This document shows positions 37,901 to 47,267 of a stretch of DNA of 64,000 nt, piece after piece. Positions within the stretch are counted from its first letter, which is position 1, and each line of letters begins with the position of its first letter. The DNA comes from Collinsella aerofaciens (GTDB lineage: Bacteria > Actinomycetota > Coriobacteriia > Coriobacteriales > Coriobacteriaceae): positions 2,511 through 66,510 of the forward strand of contig DBFRVO010000024.1 of NCBI GenBank assembly GCA_048503295.1, in the 5' to 3' direction. The notes beneath the pieces are model-generated. The model searched no databases and was not told the DNA's origin. It saw only the letters and a program-made list of their open reading frames with translations. The translations under genes were made by a program, and so were the position numbers.

Positions 37901-38720
37901 ACTTGGCGCCGATGGTGCCCATGTCCATGAGGCAGACGGGTTTGGCGTCGCGGCCGAGTTCGTGGCGCATCTCCATGTAGCGGTCGAAGGCCTGCTGCAC
38001 CACGGCGTCGTCGATCGTCACGTCATCCAGGACGGTGCCGAAGGTGGTGTGGCGGCAGTGGTCGGACCAATAGGTGTCGATCACGCGGATTTCGGTGATG
38101 GTGGGGTCGCGGTCCTCATCGCGGAAGTACTGCTGGCAGAAGGCGATGTCCGCCTCGTCCATGGCAAGGCCGCGCTCGGAAATAAGGGCGGCAAGGCCGG
38201 CCTTGTCGAGCTCGCGGAAACCGTCGAGCACCTCGACGGGCTGGGGCTCGGGGGTCTCCATGTACAGCGTCTCGGGCAGGTCGAGCGAGGCGATGCGCGC
38301 CTCGACGGGGTTCACCACGTAGTGCTTGATGGCATCGATGGCGGCCTCGTCCAGAGCGCCCGAGATCATATAGACCTTGGCGGAGCGCACGGCGGGGCGC
38401 TCGCCCTGGCTGATGAGCTGCACGCACTCGCTGGCGGAGTCGGCGCGCTGGTCAAACTGGCCAGGCAGGAATTCGACGGCAAAGACGGCGCCATCGCTTG
38501 CGGGGAGCTCGTCGTAGGTCACATCGACCTGGGGCTCGCTAAAGACGGTCGGCACGCAGGAGCGGAAAAGCTCCTCGTCGATGCCCTCGACGTCGTAGCG
38601 GTTGATGATCCTCAGGGCCTCGATGCCCTTGATGCCGAGAATTTCGGTCAGCTCGCCCTTGAGCTGCTGAGCCTCGACGTCGAACCCGGGTTTCTTCTCC
38701 ACGTAGATACGAGAGACCAT
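34974..38720 (-). CDS. purL: Phosphoribosylformylglycinamidine synthase (large fused PurL)
   Basis: WSDHCRH, ETHNHPT, DFGAGG, GGKDSMSG and glutaminase GICNGFQ..HGEG..GHAER motifs. Confidence 0.97.
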   Translation of the reverse strand: MVSRIYVEKKPGFDVEAQQLKGELTEILGIKGIEALRIINRYDVEGIDEELFRSCVPTVFSEPQVDVTYDELPASDGAVFAVEFLPGQFDQRADSASECVQLISQGERPAVRSAKVYMISGALDEAAIDAIKHYVVNPVEARIASLDLPETLYMETPEPQPVEVLDGFRELDKAGLAALISERGLAMDEADIAFCQQYFRDEDRDPTITEIRVIDTYWSDHCRHTTFGTVLDDVTIDDAVVQQAFDRYMEMRHELGRDAKPVCLMDMGTIGAKYLKKTGVMTDVDESEEINACTVKVKVDVDGEDQDWLFLFKNETHNHPTEIEPFGGAATCVGGAIRDPLSGRSYVYQAMRVTGAGDPTVPVSETLEGKLPQRKLVTTAAAGYSSYGNQIGLATGQVNELYHPGYVAKRMEVGAVVGATPANHVRRECPAPTDKIILLGGRTGRDGIGGATGSSKTQNTESIETSGAEVQKGNAPVERKLQRLFRRGDACRLIKRCNDFGAGGVSVAVGELADGLYVDLDTVTKKYDGLDGTELAISESQERMACAVADGDVEEFMGYAAEENLEATVIAEVTAEPRMRMAWNGVAIVDLSREFLNSNGAPKHQVAHVCARSVWQPSWAGTTLAERMTSLVTDLNVASNKGLSERFDSTIGAATVLMPFGGKTQLTPSSAMVAKFPVDGETTTASAMAWGFNPYLMEADQFAGAYLSVVESIAKLVAAGFEHKRAYLSFQEYFERLRTEAERWGKPMAAVLGALMAQVDLGAGAIGGKDSMSGSFEDEAGELNVPPTLISFAVAVGKAARAVSPEFKGLTHRVVRIAPATYGEDYRPDAQQLLAAFDAVEALTATGNALAISTPGYGCGAESLFKMCVGNQIGIELAEDVDVESLFTPLYGSFVVELAEDAELPEVADGVVVEPLGTTVEGYVIDTGSEVIELTELQEAWESGIEGVFAYRSAGETPEVETIDFRAKDIHVYGGAKIARPRVIIPVFPGNNCEYDSARAFRAAGAEADTFVINNLTPEAVAESTHELARRIRASQIVMIPGGFSGGDEPDGSAKFITAFFRAPEVTEAVRDLLKARDGLMLGICNGFQALVKLGLVPYGDIVDATPDAPTLTFNTIGRHQSRLVRTRISSNLSPWLSQCSLDDPYTVAISHGEGRFVANDEVLAQLIANGQVATQYVGEDGKPSMDLSVNPNGSALAIEGITSPDGRVLGKMGHAERRGDNLYRNVPEHVPGDKFMPIFESGVAYFA

Positions 38721-38904
38721 TGGTTCCTGCCTTCCTGATCGGTTGGGCGTACGGTACGGTATGCGGCAGCGGTCGATTTACGGGGCAAGCCTCGCGGTCG
38801 CCTTGAGCCACATGTTTGTAAACCTCACAATGATACGACAGCTCGCGGCGCGTTGAGGACGGCGAGGGTGCTACAGTGAAGCGCAAACAAGAGAAAGGCA
38901 TCAC

Positions 38905-40467
38905 ATGGCATTCGTTTCGCTCGCCATCGTCGCACTCGTGGCCTTTGCAAGCCCCTTCATCGCCTCGGCGATTCCTGGAAAACCCGTTCCCGAGACGGTC
39001 TTTTTGCTCGTGCTCGGCGCGGTGCTGGGACCCCATATGCTCGGCGTCATCCATGTAGATGCTGAGGTCTCGCTTGTGTCCGAGCTCGGTCTGGCCTTCT
39101 TGTTCCTGCTTGCCGGCTTTGAGATCGACCCCAAGAGCATCACGGGCGTCGAGGGGCGCTACGGCTTGGCGACGTGGGTCGTCACGTTTGGTATCGCCTG
39201 GCTTGCCGTGCGCTTTACCCCGTGGTTCTCGGTCAGTCATTTCGACGGTATCGCCGTGACGCTTGCCCTCACTTCTACGGCGCTCGGCACGCTCGTGCCC
39301 ATTATGCGCGAGCGTTCACTTGCCGGAACGCGCGTGGGCGACTCGATTCTCGCGTATGGCACTTGGGGCGAGCTCGGTCCCGTGCTCGCCATGTCGGTGC
39401 TGCTGTCTGCCCGCACGGGAATTCAGACGTTGTTGATCTTGGGCTTGTTTGCGGCCGTGTGCGTGTTGCTGGCCGTGGTCCCGAGCCGCTCCAAGCGCGT
39501 CGGCAGCCGCTTCTTTGCGTTTGTCGAGGAACGCGCCGATACCACGTCGCAGACCTTCGTGCGCCTGACGGTGCTCATCCTGGTCACACTCGTGGCGTTC
39601 TCGGCCGTCTTTGATCTCGACATCGTGTTGGGTTCTTTTGCCGCCGGCTTTGTCTTGCGCTACATCATCCCCGAGGGCAACCATACGCTCGAGACCAAGC
39701 TCGACGGCCTGGCCTACGGCTTTTTGATTCCGGTGTTCTTTACTGTATCGGGCGCAAAGATCGACCTGACGGCCGTGGCGTCGCGCCCCGGGCTGCTCGC
39801 AGGCTTTATCGTGGCGTTGCTGATCATTCGCGCCGTGCCCATTCTCATCTCTATGAGCATTTGTCCTGCGACGCGCGATGTGTCGGCGTATGGTCGCATT
39901 ACCGTGGCCCTGTACTGCACCACGGCCCTGCCGATCATCGTTGCCGTGACGAGTGTTGCCGTCAACGCGGGCGCGCTGTCGCAAGATATTGCGTCGGTCA
40001 TGGTTGCCGCCGGTGCCATCACAGTGTTCTTGATGCCGCTGCTCGCGCAGCTCTTCTACCGCGTGGTGGATGCTGCGCCGGTCGCCGCCGTGGCAGAGGT
40101 TGCCGAGCATCCATCCGATGCGCTCGACATCCTGCGCGCCCACCACGACCTAGCGAGCTTGCTCGCGCGCGAGCATGAGCTGCTGACTTCGCATGGCCAT
40201 GGTCGCGTATTCGAGGGCCTGCCTACGCTCGATACGATTGCCGAGCGTCTTTCCGCCGAGGCGGCGAGCGGCCACATCGATGCCCGCATCGTGGACGCGG
40301 CGCATCTTCTTGCCGATAAGACCTATGGTGATGAGGTTGACCCATCCGAGTTGACTCCGCGCGAGCGTCGCCGCCTGGAGCGCGCCAAGCTCGCCGTGCG
40401 CGAATACCGCCGCCGCATGCTGGAGCTCTATGCAAGAGAAGAAGCCGAGGACGACGACGGTAAATAA
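38905..40467 (+). CDS. Cation:proton antiporter (CPA2)
   Basis: GAVLGP, ELGL.FL.LLAG.EID and GFLIPVFF..G motifs; ~12 TMs plus soluble tail. Confidence 0.88.
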   Translation: MAFVSLAIVALVAFASPFIASAIPGKPVPETVFLLVLGAVLGPHMLGVIHVDAEVSLVSELGLAFLFLLAGFEIDPKSITGVEGRYGLATWVVTFGIAWLAVRFTPWFSVSHFDGIAVTLALTSTALGTLVPIMRERSLAGTRVGDSILAYGTWGELGPVLAMSVLLSARTGIQTLLILGLFAAVCVLLAVVPSRSKRVGSRFFAFVEERADTTSQTFVRLTVLILVTLVAFSAVFDLDIVLGSFAAGFVLRYIIPEGNHTLETKLDGLAYGFLIPVFFTVSGAKIDLTAVASRPGLLAGFIVALLIIRAVPILISMSICPATRDVSAYGRITVALYCTTALPIIVAVTSVAVNAGALSQDIASVMVAAGAITVFLMPLLAQLFYRVVDAAPVAAVAEVAEHPSDALDILRAHHDLASLLAREHELLTSHGHGRVFEGLPTLDTIAERLSAEAASGHIDARIVDAAHLLADKTYGDEVDPSELTPRERRRLERAKLAVREYRRRMLELYAREEAEDDDGK

Positions 40468-40483
40468 CGAGATGCTTCCCTAG

Positions 40484-40841
40484 GGGAAGGCGGGGACCAC
40501 TTTAAAGACCCGAAACGGGACGCAGTGTCCGCATCGGCCCCCATCGGGAAGCCACATCCCAGAATGGACGCTCAGAGCGGGATGTAGTTTCCGCTTTGGA
40601 CCCCTGTCGGAAAGCGCGTCCCAGTCTGAAGGTTCAAAATGGGATGCGCTTTCCGAAACAAAGGCCTTGGGGAAACCGCGTCCCGGAATGGACACTCAGA
40701 GTGGGATGCAGTTTCCGCGAGAGGCTCGTTGCGGAAACGGTATCCCAAAATCGACGTTCAAAACGGGATGCAGTTTCCGAAGTATGGTCCTGAGGGAAGC
40801 TACGTCCCGTTCTGAGCTGAAATACCGGGACGCAGCTTCCC
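40484..40841. repeat. Array of six palindromic units at exact 62-bp period (15-bp arm, 18-nt loop, 15-bp arm, 14-nt spacer)
   Basis: Units start at 40484 (degenerate), 40546, 40608, 40670, 40732 and 40794. Arm consensus SGGAARCNRCRTCCC / GGGAYGCAGTTTCCG. Confidence 0.9.
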
Positions 40842-40854
40842 TTTCAAACGGAAG

Positions 40855-40896
40855 AAGGCGCGCTGCTTGCAGTTGATGCAGGCAGCGCGCCTTTTT
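40855..40896. terminator. Bidirectional terminator
   Basis: AAGGCGCGCTGCTTGCA-gttga-TGCAGGCAGCGCGCCTTTTT. Confidence 0.8.
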
Positions 40897-40938
40897 GGTC
40901 GAGCCATGTTGAGGCTAGGAGCAGAGGCTTGTGGCCCC

Positions 40939-41688
<750 letters not shown>

Positions 41689-41843
41689 AGTGCTTCCTCT
41701 CATCGCGGGCGGACATACACGGCACAGCATAGCGGCGGCAAAATCCAGCTGCCGTCGCATATCGGCAAACGGTATCTACGGTTGTTGACGAACGGTCAAG
41801 TTGTCCAAACGTTAGTCGACCACTTCGTGCAAAAGATGTAACT

Positions 41844-41878
41844 AAAAGGGGCTCCCATCCAATCGGACGGGAGCCCTT
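41844..41878 (-). terminator. hom terminator
   Basis: GGGCTCCC/GGGAGCCC stem with TTTT on the minus strand. Confidence 0.7.
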
Positions 41879-41908
41879 CATGCGTTATTTGATTTGCCGA
41901 GAATCGGG

Positions 41909-43252
41909 CTAGTTGGCCATGACGCCATCGGTCCAGGCCTCGACGTCCTCGATGCGCAGGACGTTGGCGACCTCGGCCACGCAGTCGACGCTGGCAAGCT
42001 CGGCGGCGGCAGCCTGGACGTCCTTCTCGAGCGCGCGGTGCGTCAGGAAGATGACCGAGCAGGCATCGCTGACGCCCGACTTGCCGTCCTCGACCTGGTT
42101 GATGAGCGAGATCGAGATGTTGTGCTTGGCAAAGATGTCGACCGTCTCGGACAGGGCGCCCACGCGGTCGGCGACCTTCAGGCGCACATAGTACTTGGTC
42201 TGGAGCTCGTCCATGGGCTTAAAGGCGAGGTTGTGACCATAGGGCTCAATCTCGGGCAGCGGAGCCACGCCGCGGCTGATCTGCTCGGAGAGCGACAGGA
42301 TATCGCCCACGACGGCGCTCGCGGTGGGGAAGGAGCCTGCGCCGGCACCGTAGAACATGGTCTCGCCCACGGCGTCGCCTACCACGTAGACGGCGTTCAT
42401 GGCGCCGTTGACCTTGGCAAGCATGTGGTCGGCGGGGATCAGCGTGGGATGCACGCGGACGTCGACGCCGGCGTCGGTGTTGCGTGCGATGCCCAGCAGC
42501 TTGATGGTGTAGCCGAGCTCGCGGGCCTGGGCGATGTCCTCGGCACCGATGGTACGGATGCCCTGCTGGTATACGTCATCGGTGGTCACGCGGGTGCCAA
42601 AGCCGATGGAGGCGAGGATCGCCGTCTTGCTGGCCGCATCGAAGCCGTCGACGTCGGCGGACGGGTCGGCCTCGGCATAGCCCTTTGCCTGGGCGTCGGC
42701 AAGCACGTCAGCGTAATCGGCGCCCTCGGCGTCCATGCGCGACAGGATGTAGTTGGTGGTGCCGTTGAGAATGCCAGCGATGGTCAGGATCTTGTTGCCC
42801 ACCAGGTCGTGCTCAAGCGTGCTCACAATGGGGATGCCGCCGCCGCAACTGGCCTCGCACTTAATCTGTACGCCGCACGCGCGCGCCTTCTCGGCAAGCG
42901 TCTCGACGTGACGGCCCAGCAGGGCCTTGTTGGCAGAGACGACGTGCTTGCCGTTCTCGAAGGCAGTGGTGAAGATCTCGGTTGCGGGATGCTCGCCGCC
43001 GATCAGCTCGACGACGATGTCGACGGCGGGGTCGGTGACGACGTCGTGCCAGTCACTCGTAAAGGCCTCGCGCTCAATGCCTGCCGCCTCGGCCTGCTCC
43101 CAAGCAAGCGCGCAGGCGCGGGTCAGCTTAAGGTCGATGCCGTAGGCTGCCAGGTACTCATCGTGGTGGCTCTTGATCAGGCGGGCCACGCCGCCGCCGA
43201 CGGTTCCCAGACCGATCAGACCGACGTTCACGGTGCGCAGGGGTTCGCTCAT
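41909..43252 (-). CDS. hom: Homoserine dehydrogenase with ACT domain
   Basis: GLGTVGGG, ANKAL, GGGIP, NGTTNYIL, GYAEADP..DVDG.D and GAGAGSFPTAS motifs. Confidence 0.96.
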   Translation of the reverse strand: MSEPLRTVNVGLIGLGTVGGGVARLIKSHHDEYLAAYGIDLKLTRACALAWEQAEAAGIEREAFTSDWHDVVTDPAVDIVVELIGGEHPATEIFTTAFENGKHVVSANKALLGRHVETLAEKARACGVQIKCEASCGGGIPIVSTLEHDLVGNKILTIAGILNGTTNYILSRMDAEGADYADVLADAQAKGYAEADPSADVDGFDAASKTAILASIGFGTRVTTDDVYQQGIRTIGAEDIAQARELGYTIKLLGIARNTDAGVDVRVHPTLIPADHMLAKVNGAMNAVYVVGDAVGETMFYGAGAGSFPTASAVVGDILSLSEQISRGVAPLPEIEPYGHNLAFKPMDELQTKYYVRLKVADRVGALSETVDIFAKHNISISLINQVEDGKSGVSDACSVIFLTHRALEKDVQAAAAELASVDCVAEVANVLRIEDVEAWTDGVMAN

Positions 43253-43502
43253 AGATAGCTCCTTCGTGCATCTTATGGATGGATTAACCGCTTAAAGGTT
43301 GAGTGCATTCTAGCGTGAACCGAGGGCGCGTGCTCGCCAGGCAACAGGAGCCGCACAAAACGGCACCCCCGAAACGCTGCGGAAACATTGGAAACATGCT
43401 CGCTACAAACGAACTTCCGTAACAAACTGTCAACGTTTGCACCATAAGGTTTGCCCTATACCGCAAGACGGCCGCACCGCGGCCAGCGAAAAGGGGGACA
43501 CC

Positions 43503-43698
43503 ATGTTTAGCATCAACAACGTACTTAACCGCAGGAGTTTCCTTGTCGGAGCCACGCTTATTTTTGCCCCGATCTATTACACCCCAGCGTCCGTTTTGCT
43601 CAAGAACGCCAAGGACATGAGCTACGACATGACACTAATGGGTGTCGACGGCATGGACAGCCTATGTGATCCAGGACGGCAAGTACATCGCCGCCTAA
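43503..43698 (+). pseudogene. Internally deleted remnant of a livJ/K paralog
   Basis: NRRSF signal start fused to GATLIFAPIYYTPASVLLKNAKDM.YD..MG.DGMD, then out of frame to TAYVIQDGKYIAA*. All three parts match segments of 43970..45157. Confidence 0.85.
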
Positions 43699-43969
43699 GT
43701 GCGCATAAAGCGCGGCCGGTGAGGCCGTTTTATTCAGGGCAGGGACGCCTGTAACAGAACGGAAACATTACTTTCACACAATAAAGTGGCATTACTGCAT
43801 AAAGTAATAGAAATACGCAGAATTATGGATAAATGAACAAATCCAAAGAAAAGTTGAAATAATCGCCACTTTCCTTAACTAAAGCGTCTAGTATTTTGCG
43901 AACGCCGAACACGGCGAAGGATGGCCTGTCGGGTAACCGAAACCCGACGAGATTTGAGAGGAGAGCCGC

Positions 43970-45157
43970 ATGTCGAGCCTCACCGGTAAGTCATTGAACC
44001 CTGTTATGAATCGCAGGAGCGTTATCGCGAGCGCAGCAGGTCTGGGGGCGATGTCCATTCTAGCTGGTTGCTCCTCCAACGGCGGCGACAGCGGTTCCGC
44101 TTCGAGCGACGCTTCGTTTAAGATCGGTACCATCGGCCCGCTGACCGGCGCCAACGCGTCCTACGGCAAGTCCGTTACCCAAGGTGTCGAGCTTGGCTGC
44201 AAGGATTTCTCGACCAAGGAGTTGCCGCTTGCCAGCAAAGCCGAGGATGACCAGGCCGATGGCGAGAAGGCCGTCAACGCCTTCAACACCCTGCTCGACT
44301 GGGGCATGCAGGCCCTCGTCGGCCCGACCACCACGGGTGCGTCGGTTGCCGTTGCCGCCGAGTGCGGTAACGACCCCAAGACGTTCATGATCACCCCGTC
44401 CGCGTCCTCCGAGGACGTCACCGACGGCAAGGATTGCGTCTTCCAGGTTTGCTTCACCGACCCCAACCAGGGTGTCAACGCTGCCAAGTTCCTGGCGCAG
44501 AAGTATGCGGACGAGAAGTTCGTGCTGTTCTATAACTCCGGCGACGCCTATTCTTCGGGCATCGCAGATTCCTTTAAGGCCCAGGCCGCTGAGTCCAAGC
44601 TCGAGGTTGTTGACGAGGAGACCTTTAAGGACGACTCCGCCACGAGCTTTACCAACCAGCTGACCAAGGCCAAGCAGGCCGGCGCCACCATGATCTTTGC
44701 GCCGATCTACTACACGCCGGCGTCCGTCCTGCTCAAGAACGCCAAGGACATGGGCTACGACGTCAAGATGATGGGCTGCGACGGTATGGACGGCATCCTG
44801 GGCGTTGAGGGCTTCGATACCTCTCTTGCTGAGGGTCTGCTGCTCATGACCCCGTTCTCCGCCGACGACGAGAAGAACGCCGACTTCGTCAACGCTTACA
44901 AGGATAAGTACGGCGATACCCCCGACCAGTTTGCCGCCGACGCCTACGACGGCGTGCACGCGGTGGCCGAGGCCGTCAAGGAGGCCGGTCTTGGTGTCGA
45001 CGCCGATCCGACCGAGGTCGCCGAGAAGCTGTCCAAGGCTATGCTCAAGATTACCGTTGACGGTCTGACCGGCAAGCTCACCTGGAACGATAAGGGCCAG
45101 GTCCAGAAGGAGCCCACGGCGTACGTCATCACCGACGGCAAGTACGTACAGGCCTAA
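43970..45157 (+). CDS. Branched-chain amino acid ABC substrate-binding lipoprotein (LivJ/K-like)
   Basis: NRRS twin-Arg-like signal, LAGC lipobox, IGTIGPLTG and FAADAYD motifs. Confidence 0.92.
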   Translation: MSSLTGKSLNPVMNRRSVIASAAGLGAMSILAGCSSNGGDSGSASSDASFKIGTIGPLTGANASYGKSVTQGVELGCKDFSTKELPLASKAEDDQADGEKAVNAFNTLLDWGMQALVGPTTTGASVAVAAECGNDPKTFMITPSASSEDVTDGKDCVFQVCFTDPNQGVNAAKFLAQKYADEKFVLFYNSGDAYSSGIADSFKAQAAESKLEVVDEETFKDDSATSFTNQLTKAKQAGATMIFAPIYYTPASVLLKNAKDMGYDVKMMGCDGMDGILGVEGFDTSLAEGLLLMTPFSADDEKNADFVNAYKDKYGDTPDQFAADAYDGVHAVAEAVKEAGLGVDADPTEVAEKLSKAMLKITVDGLTGKLTWNDKGQVQKEPTAYVITDGKYVQA

Positions 45158-45296
45158 TTGGCCGCCTTACATAGAGCGGTTTTGATCCCAAGCAGGGGAG
45201 GTTTTGGCCTTCCCTGCTTGCTTGGTATCTAGGGACAGTGTAACGTCCCTGTTTCATACATTAACTGGAAACCTATTCGAAAGGGGGATGTGGAAC

Positions 45297-46178
45297 ATGA
45301 CGGTCTTTATCCAATACCTGGTCAACGGCCTGTCCATGGGCAGCGTCTATGCCATCATCGCGTTGGGCTACACCATGGTCTACGGTATCGCCAAGATGCT
45401 CAACTTTGCTCACGGCGATGTCATCATGGTCGGTGCCTATGTCTCGTTCTGCGCCACGTCGTATCTCGGCCTCCCGGGCTGGGCATCTGTAGTTCTCTCT
45501 TGTGTGGTCTGTACCGTTCTCGGTGTTCTCATCGAGGGTCTGGCCTATAAGCCGCTGCGCCAAGCAGGCCCGCTGGCCGTTCTGATCACGGCTATCGGCG
45601 TGTCTTACTTCCTGCAGAACGCCGCGCAGCTTCTGTGGGGCGCCACGCCCAAGAACTTCACTTCGCTCGTCACCTTCCAGGTGCCGGAGTTCTTGGCCAA
45701 GTTCAATGTAAGCGCTGTCTCGCTCGTCACCATCGTCGCCTGCCTGGTTATCATGGCCGGCCTGATGTTCTTTACAGGTAAGACCAAGATGGGCAAGGCC
45801 ATGCGCGCCGTGTCCGAGGACAAGGCCGCCGCTCAGCTCATGGGCATCAACGTCAACCGCACCATCTCGATGACGTTCGCCATCGGCTCCGCCCTTGCCG
45901 CCATCGCCGGCGTGCTCCTGTGCTCCTACTCGCCGGTGTTGCAGCCCACCACGGGCGCCATGCCTGGCATCAAGGCCTTCGACGCCGCCGTCTTCGGTGG
46001 CATCGGCTCCATCCCCGGCGCCTTTGTCGGTGGTATTCTCATCGGCATCATCGAGGCGATGGCGCAGGCTTATATTTCCACGAGCCTTGCCAACTCCATC
46101 GTCTTTGGTGTTCTGATCATCGTCCTGCTCGTCAAGCCTGCCGGCCTCTTGGGCAAGTACGTCCCCGAGAAGGTGTAG
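45297..46178 (+). CDS. livH: BCAA ABC permease
   Basis: NGLSMGSVYA.IALG.TMVYG...NFAHG and GGIGSIPGA motifs. Confidence 0.93.
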   Translation: MTVFIQYLVNGLSMGSVYAIIALGYTMVYGIAKMLNFAHGDVIMVGAYVSFCATSYLGLPGWASVVLSCVVCTVLGVLIEGLAYKPLRQAGPLAVLITAIGVSYFLQNAAQLLWGATPKNFTSLVTFQVPEFLAKFNVSAVSLVTIVACLVIMAGLMFFTGKTKMGKAMRAVSEDKAAAQLMGINVNRTISMTFAIGSALAAIAGVLLCSYSPVLQPTTGAMPGIKAFDAAVFGGIGSIPGAFVGGILIGIIEAMAQAYISTSLANSIVFGVLIIVLLVKPAGLLGKYVPEKV

Positions 46179-47267
46179 GTGAGCGTTATGAAGTTTCTTA
46201 AAGACAAGCAGACGCGTCACGACTTTGTCACGTACGCCATGTGCATCGTGGCATTCGCCATCGTGTTCTTCATGCAGTCGAACCACATGATCCCGCGCAT
46301 GATTGCCGGTCAGCTGGTTCCCATCACGGCCTATATCGTCATGGCCATTTCCCTCAACCTCGTCGTCGGCATCGCGGGCGACCTGTCGCTGGGCCATGCG
46401 GGCTTTATGAGTGTCGGTGCCTACACGGGAATCGTCACCGCCGTCGCGCTCGAGAGCACCGTCCCCTCCGATCCGGTGCGCCTTATCATCAGCATCGTGG
46501 TCGGTGCCATCGCCGCCGCCATCCTGGGCTTCCTGATCGGTATCCCGGTCCTGCGCCTGAGCGGCGACTATCTGGCCATCGTGACCCTGGCTTTTGGCGA
46601 GATCATCAAAGAGATCGTCACCTGCCTTATCGTGGGCGTCGACTCCCGCGGCCTGCATGTGATCTTTAACATCACGGGTAACTCCACGATCGACGACCTG
46701 CACCTGCTCGAGGACGGCACCGCCATCATCAAGGGCGCCCAGGGCGCCTCGGGCGTGTCGACGTACTCGACCTTCCTCGCCGGTGCCATCCTGGTCATGG
46801 TCGCACTCGTGATCGTGCTCAACCTGGTTCGCAGCCGTACCGGCCGTGCCATCATGGCCGTGCGCGATAACAAGATTGCAGCCGAGTCCGTGGGCATCTC
46901 CGTCACTCAGTACCGCATGATCGCCTTTGTGGTTTCCGCTGCCCTCGCCGGTGCTGCCGGAGCCCTGTTCGGCGGTAACTTCTCGCAGCTTTCCGCCACT
47001 AAGTTCGACTTCAACACGTCCATCCTTATTCTGGTGTTCGTGGTCCTGGGCGGTCTGGGCAACATGCGCGGCTCCGTTATCGCGGCGGTGTTGCTCACGG
47101 TGCTTCCCGAGCTGCTCCGCCAGTTCTCGGACTACCGCATGCTCATCTACGCTATCGTGCTGATCCTGGTCATGATCTTTACCAATAACCCGCAGCTCAA
47201 GGCGTTCTTCGGCCGTGTCAAGGACCGCTTTGCTCCCAAGAAGGAGGTGGCAGCCGATGCCCAGTAA
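46179..47267 (+). CDS. livM: BCAA ABC permease
   Basis: SLGHAGF..VGAY, LRL.GDYLAIVTLAFGEI and VVLGGLG motifs. Confidence 0.93.
   Translation: MSVMKFLKDKQTRHDFVTYAMCIVAFAIVFFMQSNHMIPRMIAGQLVPITAYIVMAISLNLVVGIAGDLSLGHAGFMSVGAYTGIVTAVALESTVPSDPVRLIISIVVGAIAAAILGFLIGIPVLRLSGDYLAIVTLAFGEIIKEIVTCLIVGVDSRGLHVIFNITGNSTIDDLHLLEDGTAIIKGAQGASGVSTYSTFLAGAILVMVALVIVLNLVRSRTGRAIMAVRDNKIAAESVGISVTQYRMIAFVVSAALAGAAGALFGGNFSQLSATKFDFNTSILILVFVVLGGLGNMRGSVIAAVLLTVLPELLRQFSDYRMLIYAIVLILVMIFTNNPQLKAFFGRVKDRFAPKKEVAADAQ

Noticed and set aside
35643..38738. 1031-aa plus-strand ORF opposite purL (likewise 41894-43258, 45273-47492, 16078-17511, 18162-19583)
   Set aside because: Antisense shadows of high-GC3 genes; no motifs, and fully overlapped by well-supported CDSs.
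38721..38904. Purine or ZTP riboswitch upstream of purL
   Set aside because: No recognisable aptamer consensus on the minus strand.
40484..40841. CRISPR array interpretation of the 62-bp repeats
   Set aside because: Arms are degenerate and alternately inverted, variable parts are only 14-18 nt and related to each other, and no cas genes or leader are present.
43437..43754. 105-aa ORF as a genuine gene
   Set aside because: It is the read-through frame of the deleted livJ remnant; the homologous C-terminus is in another frame.
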